This document shows, piece after piece, positions 52,013 through 64,000 of a stretch of 64,000 nucleotides of DNA. The notes under the pieces are model-generated. The model was not told where the DNA came from. It was given only the letters and a program-made list of their open reading frames with translations, and did not search any database. The DNA comes from the human T2T-CHM13v2.0 reference genome, Homo sapiens: assembly GCF_009914755.1 (NCBI RefSeq), contig NC_060947.1. One strand, given 5' to 3'. The position numbers and the translations under genes are program-made. The first letter of the stretch is position 1, and every line of letters starts with the position of its first letter.

Positions 52013-55000
52013 CTGCAAAGGGAAAAGGGCAGAGTTAGTGATGCGCACAGGACCTAAGGGTCCCCAATCGTGACTGAGAACTCCTGACCAAGTCCTCTGC
52101 AGCTAAAAAAGCAGCACAGCTCCCCTGGGGAACTCAAAACCCTGCACCCTGAGCCACCTGAACATCCTTATCCGGATGAAGACTGTTCGTCCCAGAATTC
52201 ACTGCCCAGGAGTTCTCATCATCGTCCTCAGAAATAACAACGACATGCAGCGAAGGCTTCCGGCACTCCATCCTCATAGGGCAGCTGCCACCGCGTCAAG
52301 ACGGCAGCTCCGCCCAGTGGAGGGGGCGCCCGATGGCAGGGCTCAGCACCATCCACAGGTCCGTGTGCGTGTGCGGCCCGGGGGCCAGGGAGCCAATCGC
52401 TATGAGTGATTGATGGATGCAGGGCAGGGAGGGGCGGATGGCTGAGTGGGGCTCAGCATGTAGATGCAGCAAAGCCTCCTGCCAACATGCAGCCTCCCAG
52501 CAACACCCGCGCGGAGGCCAACTGCTCCTCCCAGCAGCAGGAATAACCGCTGTGTCCACCTGAGCTTGGAGGGGCCAGCCCACCAGCAGCTGCTTCAGTC
52601 TAGTTAGTTATCTAGGCTTTCTCTACACCTGTTACAAGAGGGATTCGGGGACTGTACCAAGCATTCCCTCCCGCCAGCAAGGGCCAGTGTTCAAGTTCTT
52701 AGAGTGGACCCCACCCCTGCTGCTGCTTGCAGAGAGTCAAGAGTCTGTGTCTCATCCCTGCGTAGCACAGGGACTGGAACCCTTCAGCCCCAGGTCTGTG
52801 GGAAAACTGGGGCATGGTTCCAACCGACCGACCGACCGACCAGGCACCAGTGCAAGTCAAGCCATCGTCCTGGGCTACAGGCTCCTTGCCTAAACAAGAA
52901 TGCCCACCACCTGCCTGCCCCGGTGGCTGCTGGGCTTGAGGTGGGAGCCAAATGGGCCTGTGGCAAATGCGGGCGTTGCTCTTTGGCAGGTGTGGCCGGC
53001 CCCACGCAGAGCGGGGCAGGTGATGAGTGCAGTGGAAGCTGCCCCAGGTGCACCTTCCCAGCTGACAGGTGGGGGCCAGGAGACACACCCTGAGCCTCGT
53101 GATCACTGCTAGCTGCCAACCCAGTGGGCGCTGGATCGTCTCCTTCCTGTGGGTGGCCCTCTATGTGCTCCCCAGGCATGACCACCAGTGGGCACCTGAG
53201 TCCTCACCATGGCACCTCAACTCTCCCCCCACCCCTGCCACATCCAGCCTGGGGACAGAGTGTCTGGCAGGTGGCATCCTCTCACACGCATCAGGGTAAG
53301 CTAAAGATGGTCCTGGTTACAGCCACGTCGGTGAGTGCCAGGGAAGCAGGAGGGAGAAGAGCGGCAAGGAAGCGCCAGAGCAGGGGGCGAATGAGGAAGC
53401 ATCAAGGCTGAAGCAAAAGGAAAGTGAGGAAGGCAAAGCAGCGTTACCTTGACCTGCTGCTGCATCTGAAGGCAAGACACAAAGCTTAGAATCCCTGGAG
53501 TAAGAGCGCTCCTGACAGCAAACATGCGGGCTTTCCACACTGAGGGCAAAGGCAAGGGAAGCCAAGGGTCCCCAGCATGGGCCTTTTGGCAGCAGCAGAG
53601 GCCGAGAGCACCTGAGGGCCACAGTGGTGGGGGCAGGCCTTCCTCGCAGCCACCTCCTGCTGTCTCCCCAGAGCTTGGTGTTCTGCACCCCGGTCCCCTC
53701 TACCGCCATCTCCATGTGGCAGTGGCTGAGACTCAGGGGAAAGAGTGGGGACAGGAGGCCCAACCCCCAGCTTCTCAGTGTTTTCAGCCACCCCACAAAC
53801 GTCTGCGGGACTCCTCCTGATTCTGGCCCGGGCCAGGTGCCAGGGACATGATGTACACGCAGCCCCGCCACGGAATGGACGGTCCAGAGACTCCTGATCA
53901 CGGAGGGGGCAAGGCGAGCTGGGAGTCGCACACTCAGAAACCAACCGGCCCAATCCCGCCCCATGAGCACCAGGTGAGGTCAGCAGGGGGCGCTGTAGGA
54001 CCACAGGCTGGGAGAGGCTGCTCCAGGCCTGCAGGGCGAGAGGAGCTAGGTCAGGACGGGGGACAGCAGAGGCCCGGGATGGGGATGGAAGAGCACCTGG
54101 CGCCCTCGGGAAGTGAAAGGCCTCTGGGAAGCCTATGGAGGGGAAAGGATGTGGTTGGGACCAAACCATGAAGGGCTTCCACTGCCAAACTCAGGCTCAG
54201 CCAGGACCTTGAGGGCAGCAGGAAGCATAAGGGGGATCCAGGCATTTTAAAACAGGTCCCGCTGGAGGAGCGTGAGGTGTGGAGGAGACTGCACAGGCAA
54301 AAAGGTCTATGGAACCTTTTGGACGGGAGATGAGGAGAAGACCTTGGCTCTGGACTGGCAGGGGCCATGGCAATGGTGATAGGGAGGTGTGGCTCAAGAG
54401 GAGACCTACACAGGTGGCACAAATCCCAGGACTGGGGAATGCACGGACATGAGGTGGGGGGACAGGAGGACTCCCAGCCTCTAGCTTGGGGAGACAGCCA
54501 CACAGGAAGGCGCCATGGGAGAAGGAAGGTTGGAGGGGAGGGGAAGGGCACTGAAATCCAAGATGGACACACTGGGCCGACGGGGTTCCTGGGAGCTGCC
54601 CCGCTTTGCCTGCTGATCCAATTCGCAAAACCTCACACTGGCCCGTTTTAGGAAATAAGCATGAAAATAATGTATTTTCCTTTCATTTTAATGTCCCACA
54701 GAGACAGATACAATCAAGATGTTCACTTTGTGCTTTGGAAATCAACCTATTTTTCTCTCTCTGTTCCTACTGACACCTGAGCAGCCTCAAGCCAGCCTCT
54801 GACTTTTTAATTCCAGAGCAGAAGGAAGTCGAGATACCCTTGATGGGGAAACTGAGGGCCCAGCAGGAGAGGGCCCAAGCCGGCCACCCTGTCTGCTCAG
54901 CCCAAGAACTCTCCCCATCCATGGCCCTGCCCTTGCCAGGCCGAGTTACAGGGCTGGCTTTTCACCCATGTGCAGAGCCCGGAAGAGAGGCAATGGCAGG

Positions 55001-55194
55001 TAGCTGGCAAGCGCACGATGCCCGGGACACTGCTCTTACGAGGAACTACAGACCTGTAGTTTAAATAGTTTCTTTTACCCAGCATGCTTTTTAAAGTCTC
55101 AAAGCCATCCTTTGGCCTGGCCATCTCACCCAGTTTTGTAATGGGCATGGATGTGAAAACTGTGGACTGTCGCATCTCACCATTAGGCTGACGA

Positions 55195-55485
55195 TGCTAT
55201 AGTGAAGAATGCCCCGCCCCATGCCAAAAAAGATCTGCGTGTGTCCTCATCCCTGGAACCTGTGAACATGGCCTTATTCAGGAACAGGGTCTTTGCAGGT
55301 GTAATTAAGTTAAGGATGTTAAGATGAGGTCATTCTGGATTTAGGATATAAACCGAGATTGGAATGATATGGCCACAAGCCAAGGAACATCCGGAGTCCC
55401 CTGGAACTGGGAGAGAATCAACTTCTGTTGTTTTGAGCCACTCAGTTTGTGACTCTCTGTTCTGGCAGCCCCAGTGAACTCATAC
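55195..55485. mobile_element. MLT1-type LTR remnant
   Basis: CCCTGGAACCTGTGAA.ATG.CCTTATT..GGGTCTTTGCAG.TGTAATTAAGTTAAGGAT. Confidence 0.8.
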
Positions 55486-57816
55486 AGCTTTGGCAAACCT
55501 CACCAGTGAGACCTTTTGGCTCCCAGGGCATTAGCCTTTTCGTTCAAAGAGCTCACAACTACTTTGTTGCTACGAACCAAACCTCCTTGCCACCCCAGCC
55601 ACCTAGAAGGGGAAATCATCAGAAAATCAGGCCAAAATGTATCTGACATGGTGCTTCCAGCCAAATAAGCTCTCCAGCAAAGGTCCACACAGGAGAAGCC
55701 CTCTAGCCAGCCACCAGGACCTCCCCTGCCACTGTGGCCTCCATTTTGAGGACATCTTTGGGTGTAGGATTTTTTTTAATAATAAATATTCGTTCAATGA
55801 CATTTTAGTTACCAACTAGTTTAGTCAGTCATACAGGAAAGATTTTTCTGTCAGTCAGTTCTAACTTTGTCCTACAGATCTGGTTTAATCTAAATCTGGG
55901 CTTTTATCTTTTCCCAAGAGGCCACCTTGAGAACCTGGATGCTTATCCAAAATCTTCACTCCTCTCCTGGCAAGCGGGATGCTCTGAGTTGTTCTCCCAA
56001 AGTGTCCCTGGCCAGGTCCTTGCTCCCTCTCCTCTAAAACAGGGAGGGGAGACGAGTATGGAGAGCTCCCAGCCCAAAGAGCAGTTTCAAATGAGGATCC
56101 CTGGCCGTGGGGAAGGCCATGTGGATTGAGCTGTGTCCCAGAATCCCCATCTCGTTCCAATCCACCTGCCGGAGGGAAAGCCCACGGAGGACAGCCTTGG
56201 GGCCTCTTGAACAGAAAACCCCTGTATTAGGCGGCTTCTACTTTTTTGCCAAATGCAATAAGAACACGGTCAGAGATGAAGGGCTGTGACTATGTACCTG
56301 GTTGCCCTGGGCTCCTTGTTCCAGGCACAGCCCAGGAGGCTGATGCAAAACTTCCCCCGCCGCGCTAAATGCAACTCGACCCTCTCGCCCAATGTCTCCT
56401 TCTAAATATCAGTGTCCAGGCAATTAGAAGGTTGGATTCCCATCTTTTTCACCAGTTAGAGGATTCCTTGATTTTTGATTTGAGGGAAAAGGGTAACTCT
56501 AAAAACAATCCATTCCCCAGCCCTGGACTCTGTCTGACCCATTCCCTGCTCATGCCACTCTACAGTCAAGCTTCCGGATCCACGGTGGGTCCGTGGGATC
56601 TCAAGCAGGGTGGCCATGAACAGTTTCGCAGGCTGCGCACTGACATGTCAACGTGCTCCTGCAGTACTGCTGTGCCTGCTGTGTGTGTCGCCCTGGTCAA
56701 GAATGTTCTACAAGAGTGAAGCAAACAAATATGATGGTCAGATTAATAAACAGTTGGAGACTTCCGTAAAGCATCTTGGGACCCAGGTTAGTTTTCTGGG
56801 AAGCTCAGCTCAGGCTAGACTTAAGGGCGGAGGGCCACAGCAAGGGTAGGGAAAGACCCACGTGGGTTGCTTCTAAGCTTCCCATTGCATCAAAGGGGCC
56901 GGGGAAGGAGTGGAAAGAGACAAGCTACAGCTGAGTCACATTCTGTCACTTGAACTGAAAATTGCCAGCCTTGAACTGGAGACACGCTCCACTCAGCAAA
57001 CAGTGACAGAGCATCCATCTGTGCTTACAAAAGGGACAAGCAAGGTCTTGTTCCCTCAACAGCATCCCCACAGGGCTGCCTGATGTGGGGCGCCGATGGG
57101 TGAAGACAGGATTCCATTTGTAACTATTCCATTAATCTATGACTTCCAGACTCACAGCTACAGCATGAGATGAAAACTGTCTTTTAAAAACCTAGTAAAG
57201 GGTGGTGGGTCGGGGGGGAACCACACCATTCTTTCTCTCACATTCCTACTTCTTTGGAGCAATTAATGATTCCATACAGTTTGTGGCTCGTAGCGGGAAG
57301 AGCACCAGGCAGTGACTTCTCACGATGTGACGGGGGCACTGCCAGAGCAATAAGGGCCGTGCTTTGCAAACCCCCAGGAACTGCTGCCCTCTGCTCCTGA
57401 GGGAGCCAGCAGCATGGGAGGGAGCTGGTGACGCAGGGCCTCCAAAGGCCCTCATCCGCTTGGCTGAGGTCTGAAGCTATGGGTGCAGTCCAGGGTCCCT
57501 CCCATTCTACGTGAAGGAAACATCACAGTGGTCACTGAGCTCTGTCCCCACAGAAATACCCCTGGGAGCTGGGGCCCTGGAAGGTGAAGGTCATCAGGGC
57601 CAGCCCCACGCGCTCTTGCAGGGTGGTTTACACTTTAATTCAGCCCAGATCTGTCCCCAGGGATTTCCAAAACTGTTGCCTCCACCCCCGTCCCAGGAAG
57701 TCTGCTTGGGAGTGGGTCTCAGGCAGGCTGTGGAGGGATCTGGATCTGTCCTGGCCCCTTTCCCTCCAAAGACCTTGCCAGCTGGTTCCTAGCCACGAGT
57801 GGGTGGCTGCACTTAC

Positions 57817-57936
57817 GCTGAATGCTGAAGCAGAACTTCTTCTGCTGGTAGGAGATGTAGCTGGAGACGGCACCGATGAGGGCCATGGCCAGGGCGCTGG
57901 CCACCCCGGCAATGGTGCCAGGCTCTGCCACCATGC
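57817..57936 (-). CDS. CD99L2: CD99L2 transmembrane exon, (G)MVAEPGTIAGVASALAMALIGAVSSYISYQQKKFCFSIQ
   Basis: - strand acceptor cttcttcacgcag and donor C|gtaagt. 120 nt. CD99-family TM helix followed by YQ.KK.CF. Confidence 0.96.
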
Positions 57937-58381
57937 CTGCGTGAAGAAGGGGGAGAAATGAGGACAGGTGAGGTCAGAGACAAAGCACCGCAGGGAGCAG
58001 CCTGGGAGCCTGCTTCTCCTCTAGCACCAAACTACTAGACGCCCCCAACCCCCAAGCCAGCAGGAGAGGGCCATGCCACACAGATCTACGGCATTACAAA
58101 GACATGGTGCCCCTTGGATTTGCCTAGGACTTCTCGTTTTCTGTAAGGGCTTCACTTTTGAGGAGCTTGAAAGGGAGACACGGAAATGGTGCAGAGCTCT
58201 CTGTGACTGACGCCCTGCAGGCTTCCCACTGGGCTACTTCCCCCGGCACCCCAATCTTCATGCTTCCTTCCTTCAAATGGCTACACCCCTCTATTGGCCT
58301 CATGATTATCTATTGGAAACGTTCAGGGGAAGGCCAACTCTGAGACCAGAGTGGGTCAGCACTATGTCTCCTTGTAGCTGC

Positions 58382-59052
58382 TGTGAAATATCTGAGATGG
58401 GCCTCAATCAATTTAGAAAGTTTATTTTGCCAAGGTTAAGGACACACCCATGACACAGCCTCAGGAGGTCCTGACGACACGCGCCAAGGTGGCGGGGGCA
58501 CAGCTGATTTTATACATTTCGGGAGACATGAGACATCAATCAATATGTGTAAGACGTACATTGGTTTGGTCCAGAAAGGTGGGACAACTCAAAGCAGGGG
58601 TAGAGGTGGGGTGCTTCCAGGTCATAGGGAGATAAGAGAAAGAGACAAAAGGTTGCATTCTTTTGAGTCCTTGATCAGCCTTTCACTGAATACACAATTT
58701 TGTCTGGCTCAGTGAACCTGCATTTTTACATAAGCAATTGGGCAGAGGAAGCAACCAGAGATGCATTTGTATCAGGGGAGCAGAGGGACGGCTCTCTCTC
58801 CCTCTGTAAAGATCAGCTATCAGTTTGTATTGCCAGGGTGAAATTCACAGAACTGTTTTAGGGTAAAGATATTGAGGCCCATAAGAAATTTCTTTGTAGG
58901 CAAATTGTGAGGGAGGCGTGCAGCTTTTTCCATCTTTGCAGCTATCTTATTTAGGAGTAGAATGGGAGGCACGTTTGCCTGATGCAGTTTCTAGCTTGAC
59001 TTTTCCCTTGGCTTAGTGATTTTGGGGTCCTGAGATTCATTTTCCTTTCACA
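58382..59052 (-). mobile_element. MER4A-like ERV1 solo LTR
   Basis: - strand begins TGTGAAAGGAAAATGAATCTCAGGACCCCAAAATCACTAAGC and ends in ..TTCACA, ~670 bp. AATAAA near its 3' end (+ strand TTTATT at 58421-58426). Confidence 0.85.
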
Positions 59053-59086
59053 TGGCCAACAGGAGCCTCAGGATTCAGAAACCCAC

Positions 59087-59125
59087 CAGATCCAGGGTCG
59101 TCATTGCTGCCGTACCGGCCATCAC
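59087..59125 (-). CDS. CD99L2: CD99L2 juxtamembrane exon, (G)DGRYGSNDDPGS
   Basis: - strand acceptor ttttgtcttttcttcag and donor G|gtgggt. 39 nt, phase 1-1, in frame with the TM exon. Confidence 0.93.
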
Positions 59126-60244
59126 CTGAAGAAAAGACAAAAGCACTTAGTGCCAGCGACCAGCCAGCTCAGGCTCGAGCTCGGGCCTCCGCGAGACGGA
59201 TGGCAGTGCTGGCCCTTCCAATCCCACCTATGCGACAAGACCCCCACCAGTGGATCACCCGTAGGCTTCTACTGGACTGCAATGAGGCCTGCTTTCTTAT
59301 GCCTACCACCTGCAAAGCCCAGGCCACCAGGTGGAACTTTTTATTATTAAAATGGCAGCCACCTTGCCCTGAGCATGCCTCACATGCCGGGCTCTTTAGA
59401 CACAGTATTCTATTTCACCTCTTTGCTACCAGTGGTGCAGCTGCACTAGCGGCCTCACCATAAGTGGGGGGTGGGGTGGGGTGCTGTGCCGGGACAGCCC
59501 GACTTTGAGTGCCACCACCACGGGTCTCTGACGTAGCCACTGCCTCAACTATAGCTGAAGTTGCTCTTGGAACATAAACAAATGTAGGCTCACAATCCCT
59601 TATCCACTATTTTGAAATTCAAAAGGATCTGAAGTATCACAGAAATGGAGAACAGATGAATGCTGGCAGGGGCTGGTGAGAGTTGGGAGGGAGGGAGTTG
59701 GCTATGATTATAAATGAGCAACAGTCAGGAGCCTTGTGGTGACAGACTGTTCTGTATATTGACTATGGTGGTGGTCACACAAATCACACACGATAGTACT
59801 GCAGAGAGTTAAATTCACACACGCACACACACACGCACGCACCCCTTCCACAGACAGCTACTCCCTGACAAGCCACTGGTGCCATTTCAGTACCTTAATT
59901 AGCGTTGAGTTCACCGTTCATGCCACCCTCTTCTCAGGGCCGAACACTCATTAATGGAGGGAGACTGTGTTCCCAGAGCCCGGGGTTCTCAGGGGAAACC
60001 GCCCTGGGATATTGAAGGCAAATGAGCTCCAACATTTCCTTCACCAATCAAAGAGTCAGGAGGAATGGAGGTTCATGGGTTGTAAAAATGTACCACTCTG
60101 GCAGGGTGGGGGGGTATTGATAGTTGGGGAGGCTGTGCACATGTGGGGGTGGGGGAAACATGAGAACTCTCTGTACCTTCCTCTCTATTTTTCTGTGAAA
60201 CTGAAACTGCTCTAAAAAATAAAGCCTATTAAAAGAAAAAGATT

Positions 60245-60346
60245 CATGTTGGTGTGCTGCACCCATTAACTCATCATTTACATTAGGGACATGTACCCTA
60301 CAACTTAAAGTATAATAAAAAAAAAAAAATATATATATATATATAT
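60245..60346 (+). mobile_element. Very short L1PA insertion with 5' inversion, inside the tail of an L1MC-like 3' end (~60050-60240)
   Basis: Antisense L1 3'UTR piece, then sense ACATGTACCCTACAACTTAAAGTATAAT and A tail. TSD AAAAGATTC. Confidence 0.85.
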
Positions 60347-61319
60347 AAATAAAAGATTCCTGGGGAAAAATGAGGTTTGTTATGTTCCCACCTAAGGCTG
60401 AATCCTTGAGCTCTATGCAGTGTATAAAGATCCCTGATTGGATATGAATGGTTATTAACAAAGAGCACCAGCATTAAAAACAAAACAAAAAAAAAACAAA
60501 AAAATACACACATACAATCATTGCTGTTGGAGAAAGCATAACCAACAGGAAGATGGGGGTCACTGTGTGCAGCCAGATCAACAGAGAGGTCCCCTCCGCT
60601 ATGCTGGAGGTGGCTGTCGTGATGGCATCCTCTGCTAATGTATTCATGTCACTAGACTTCCATTTTTCTGGACTCTGAGTAATTCAACCTATTCTTTCAC
60701 CTCAAGGCAGAAGGAAACTGAGTGTTCTCAGGTCTCCTTTCCCTTAGGAGTACTTGGCCACAAGGATTCCCAGCAACTTAAATATCACAAGACTGCGGAG
60801 CAACAGGCTGTGAGAAGAAACATAAACAGGTCGAACCCCTTCCTAATTTCCCCCCAGGGACAAATGGACAGAAGGGCTGACTCTCCCAGACTTTCAAAAA
60901 GACTCAAAGCTCAATAGTTCACAGCTCCAGCAATTCCTATCTGACCATTTGTGATTGTTGGAGGTCCTGTCCTAAAAAGATGACAAAAATGTGCTTCTCT
61001 TCCTCCTCAAAAAAAGTGATCCCATCCTGTGGGCAAGTCTTCTCAGATGGGCATGTGAACTGAAACTACTGTGAGGCTAAGAAACATCTGGAAGAAAAAA
61101 CAGCCAGTCATCTTAGATCCTTCTGTCCTTTCTCACTGCATGAACCTGAAGTCAGCCACACAGGCCACTGGAGTTAACCAAGCCGAGGTCATCGCTTTGA
61201 GCCACGCTGGGCTACCGAGCTTCGCTTACTTCCTCTAGGCACAGGCTGAACCCCGTTACTTTACAAAATGCACACTGTGCAAAAGATGGTATTGGTGATG
61301 AGTCATGGGCATAAAATAA

Positions 61320-63000
61320 AATTACCCAACCCAATACCATCCGTGAAGATCAGTTCCCAGTAAAACTAAAGTGGATGAAGGCGTAAAAGCACTATAGAAA
61401 AATTTAGGGGTAAGGAATTTCTATTAGCTTGGGGTAAAAAATGACTTTCTAAATATGATCCTAAAGCCAGAAACTGAAAATGGAAAAGATCAGATCAAAA
61501 GTGAAAACTTCAGTACTAAAAGTGCAAGCAACAAAAGAAAAACTAAATTGGGCTTTGTCAAAATTAAAAACTTGTGTGCTTCAAAGGACATCATCAAGAA
61601 AGTAGAATGACAACCCACAGAATAGGAGAACATATTTGCAAAATATGTATCTGATAAGGAGCTAGTATTGAGAATATATAAAGGACCCCTTCAGCTCAAT
61701 AATAAAAAGGCAAATCATTCAATCTAAAAATGGGCAAAGGACATGAATAGATGTTTCTCCAAAGAGACATACAAATGGCCAATAAACACATGAAAAGATG
61801 CTCAACACTGTTGGTCATTGGGGAAATGCAAACCAAAACCATAATGAGACACCATCTCATATCCACTAGGATAACTATAATCCAAAAAAAGAAAAAGGAA
61901 AGAAGACAAGGGGAAGGGAGAGAGGGAGAGAAAGGAAGAAGTGTTGGTAAGGATGTGAAGAAATTGGAACCCCTAAACATTGCTAGCAGGCATGTAAAAT
62001 GGTGCAGCTGCTATGGAAAACAGTTTGATTGCTCCTTAAGAAGTTAAACATGGAGTTACAACATGACTAACAATTCCATTTCTAGATATATACCCGAGGT
62101 AACTGAAAACATATGTCCACATAAAAATGTGCACACACATGTTCATCGCAGTATTCATAAAAGCTATAAACAACCCAAAGGTTCATCAACTGATGAATGA
62201 ATGAATAAAATGTTTATGGAATATATAAGGGCTTCCTAATCTCTAATGTAAAAGGAGTCCTTAAAATATATGAGAAAATATGCAGAAATATGCAGAAATG
62301 AGAAAATATGCAGACCCCAGTAAAAAAAAAAAGCGGGCAAAGAACACAAACAGGCAATTCACAAAATATTTTAAGAGTGTCTAATAAGACATTGAAAAAG
62401 TGTTTCACTTCCTTTTAGATTCAAAGAAATGCATATTTAAACAGGATAGCATTTTGCTCTGAACAAATCTGCAAAGATAACAAAACTATAATGCCCAGTG
62501 GAGGTGATAATTTGAGAAAACAGGCACCTGTTTACTTACTAGTGGTGGAAATGGAGGTTGGCACAACCTTAATGGAATATCATTCAGCAGTACCACTCAA
62601 AGTGTCGCATCTTTAAAAGTGTCTGCTTTCTGTACCCAGCCATTTGACTTCTGGGAAGTTATCTGACTAGGGTTGTGCACATTTGGCTAAGACAATGTTC
62701 ATCACAGCACTGTGCAGAGCAGCAAAAAGCTGAGGGGAATCTCTGTACAAAAATAGGGTCCTGGTGAAATAAATTATGGTATATCATAATATAATGTAAC
62801 CACTGACACGGTATTTTAGAAGACCCTTTAATGACAGAGAATGATATTCAGTGTATTATTGAATGAAAAAAATGGTTTCAGGATAGCATGATCCCATTTT
62901 TATTTTTTTAAAAATCACAAATATTTACAAATATATACTTGTGCATAGAAAAAGTACTCCGAGCACGCAGTCAGAAATATTACTAGTGATTCTTCCTGGA
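61320..63000 (+). mobile_element. L1M (L1MB then older L1ME-like) 3' fragments
   Basis: ORF 61751-62047 ([26 protein letters not shown]) is the ORF2 C-terminus. Confidence 0.82.
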
Positions 63001-64000
63001 TCATGAAACAACAAACAAGTCTTTTTCATGTAATTTGTAAGAAGTTTTAACTCTGCAAGCCCCATGCAAATCTATCCACCCCTCTTTCCCACAGCTGGAG
63101 AGAGAGCTCAAAGAGGCAATTTCACAGGTCACTGGCGGACTCTTCAGTTTCAGTATGTTTTGTATTCCCACCTGCCTTCTGAGTTCACAATTATATGCCA
63201 AAGAGACTACAGTAGCTTTCTAGTAGACCAGAAGTCTCCCTGCACAGTGTATCACATGCTGCAATTTGCTTTGAGTATAGATACCTATGCATATAAGTAG
63301 CTGTATGGACTGCCATAACTCTAGGGACTGCTGCCGTTGCTATAGCCACACCATAGCAATAGGGACCGTCACTGTAGCAATAGTGACCACTGCCATAGCA
63401 GGTCTCATAGCTATAGGAACCTCTCTAGCTATAGCAACCACCATAGCTACAGAGGCCCTGTAGAAAGGAGGCATGACCTCACTGAGAAAGTTGTGAATAA
63501 GCCCTGCGATCAAAGGAAGCGTCAGACCCTCAGCATCTCACAGACAAAAGACAATGCTATACGCATACATGGCAGCCTTGATTCCTACGTAGCCATACAT
63601 CTGGGGGAGGCGGGGATGCACCACACGGAGCTGCCCTTCTCTGACAGCAGCACAACCTGGGCTCACCGTGAGTGCCTGACCCACCTGGTTGCCAAGGGCA
63701 TGGAGAGTAACGTAATGGTAGGAAGATTATAACTGCTGGGGGAGATGTTCAAGTATTTAAAGACATCTATAAGTGTTCTAGACTCTTCTAATAGACATAG
63801 CTAGGGCTTTTAGATATTTTAGAAATGTATTTTCATTATCTAAAAAAATGGCCAAAGTGCAAAATAAAAACAACTTTTAAAAAAATGAATAAACAAAGAG
63901 AAGAAAATCTTGCATCAAATACCCCATAGTTACCAAGTCAAACTGAACTGAAAAATCTACCAAAACATGGCTGCCTATGCTAGCCACTGGGGAGGGCACT

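Overview
This is human-type (primate) genomic DNA matching Xq28, not a prokaryotic window. The + strand carries the last 13 coding exons of the phosphoinositide 3-phosphatase gene MTMR1 (272-44373). They splice into one open frame of 581 aa with the HCSDGWDR catalytic loop and a C-terminal HTSV motif, followed by a 3'UTR to about 46750. The - strand carries the last 4 exons of CD99L2 (59125 down to the stop at 50677) and a 3'UTR to about 47980, so the two genes converge roughly 1.2 kb apart. The introns are mostly L1, Alu, MaLR/ERV LTR and DNA-transposon remnants. The most unusual object is a ~505-bp unspliced CYP2C fragment (promoter, exon 1 and start of intron 1; 1341-1845) lying in sense inside an MTMR1 intron, flanked by an 11-bp direct repeat and splitting an old L1. 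Other leads are AAGT arrays resembling U1 sites around the MTMR1 poly(A) region, a MAZ-type G tract between the genes, a sense LTR just before the CD99L2 transmembrane exon, and a degenerate Gly/Tyr/Ser codon-periodic repeat framed by splice signals in a CD99L2 intron. Repeat subfamily names and boundaries come from recognition by eye and are approximate.
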